28,296 nt of DNA, taken from the IMG/VR virus record IMGVR_UViG_3300005805_000351, positions 1-28,296 of that record. One strand, written 5' to 3'. This DNA comes from a virus (Duplodnaviria; Caudoviricetes). The position numbers were made by a program, and so were the translations under genes. The notes beneath the pieces are model-generated. The model made no database searches. It saw only the letters and a program-made list of their open reading frames with translations, and was not told the DNA's origin. Shown here in pieces: positions 28,106-28,296 of the stretch. Numbering within the stretch: the stretch's first letter is position 1; each line of letters opens with the position of its first letter.

Positions 28106-28296
28106 ATGGCAAAGAATCCGTATTTCAAATATGACAACAGCGAGCAAAGACTCATGGAAGACCTTACGATTGAGTCAATAAAGGCTCATGGTGAGGATTT
28201 TCTGTACATTGCCCGTGAAGCCATCAATCGTGATGATCTATTTGGAGAAGATCAGAATGCCAAGTTCAAAAACAGCGCATTGGTGGAGATGTATAT
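28106..28296 (+). CDS. 14: Neck protein gp14 (3'-truncated by window end)
   Basis: MAKNPYFKYDNSEQRLMEDLTIESIKAHGEDFLYIAREAINRDDLFGEDQNAKFKNSALVEMY matches the gp14 N-terminus (NPYF, EQ.L.EDL..ESI, LFGED). Follows gene 13. Confidence 0.92.
   Translation, partial: MAKNPYFKYDNSEQRLMEDLTIESIKAHGEDFLYIAREAINRDDLFGEDQNAKFKNSALVEMY

Noticed and set aside
1-28296. CRISPR arrays, tRNAs, introns/inteins, homing endonucleases, DGR, invertase cassettes or stop-codon reassignment
   Set aside because: None were seen by eye. Genes are intact and tightly tiled under the standard code, and TAA, TGA and TAG all act as stops.

Overview
The window is a dense, all plus-strand virion morphogenesis module of a large T4-like myovirus. 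Gene order: 3' end of a Gly-rich tail fibre/adhesin gene, a spermidine-synthase-like SAM methyltransferase, a degenerate PAAR (gp5.4-like) protein, a probable T4 T-type holin, baseplate wedge genes 25, 6, 7-like and 8 (with one small orphan between 7 and 8), a 1735-aa VrlC/DUF4815-like structural protein with a 56-aa coiled-coil neighbour missed by the ORF track, a multidomain fibre protein, a tail-collar fibre, two tandem paralogous beta-helix proteins of about 1060 aa, an orphan, a DUF1617-like protein, then neck genes 13 and 14 (14 partial). Four observations stand out. (1) The two largest intergenic gaps share the same design: a variant late-promoter box ATACATAA inside an RNA hairpin that buries the next ribosome-binding site. 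(2) A G-x-[T/S/C] micro-motif appears enriched in the peripheral virion proteins and could be a modification sequon. (3) The beta-helix paralogues carry different inserted modules, and one may have a split-off C-terminal domain. (4) A holin-like gene sits inside the baseplate operon. All assignments come from reading motifs and synteny by eye; no searches were run.
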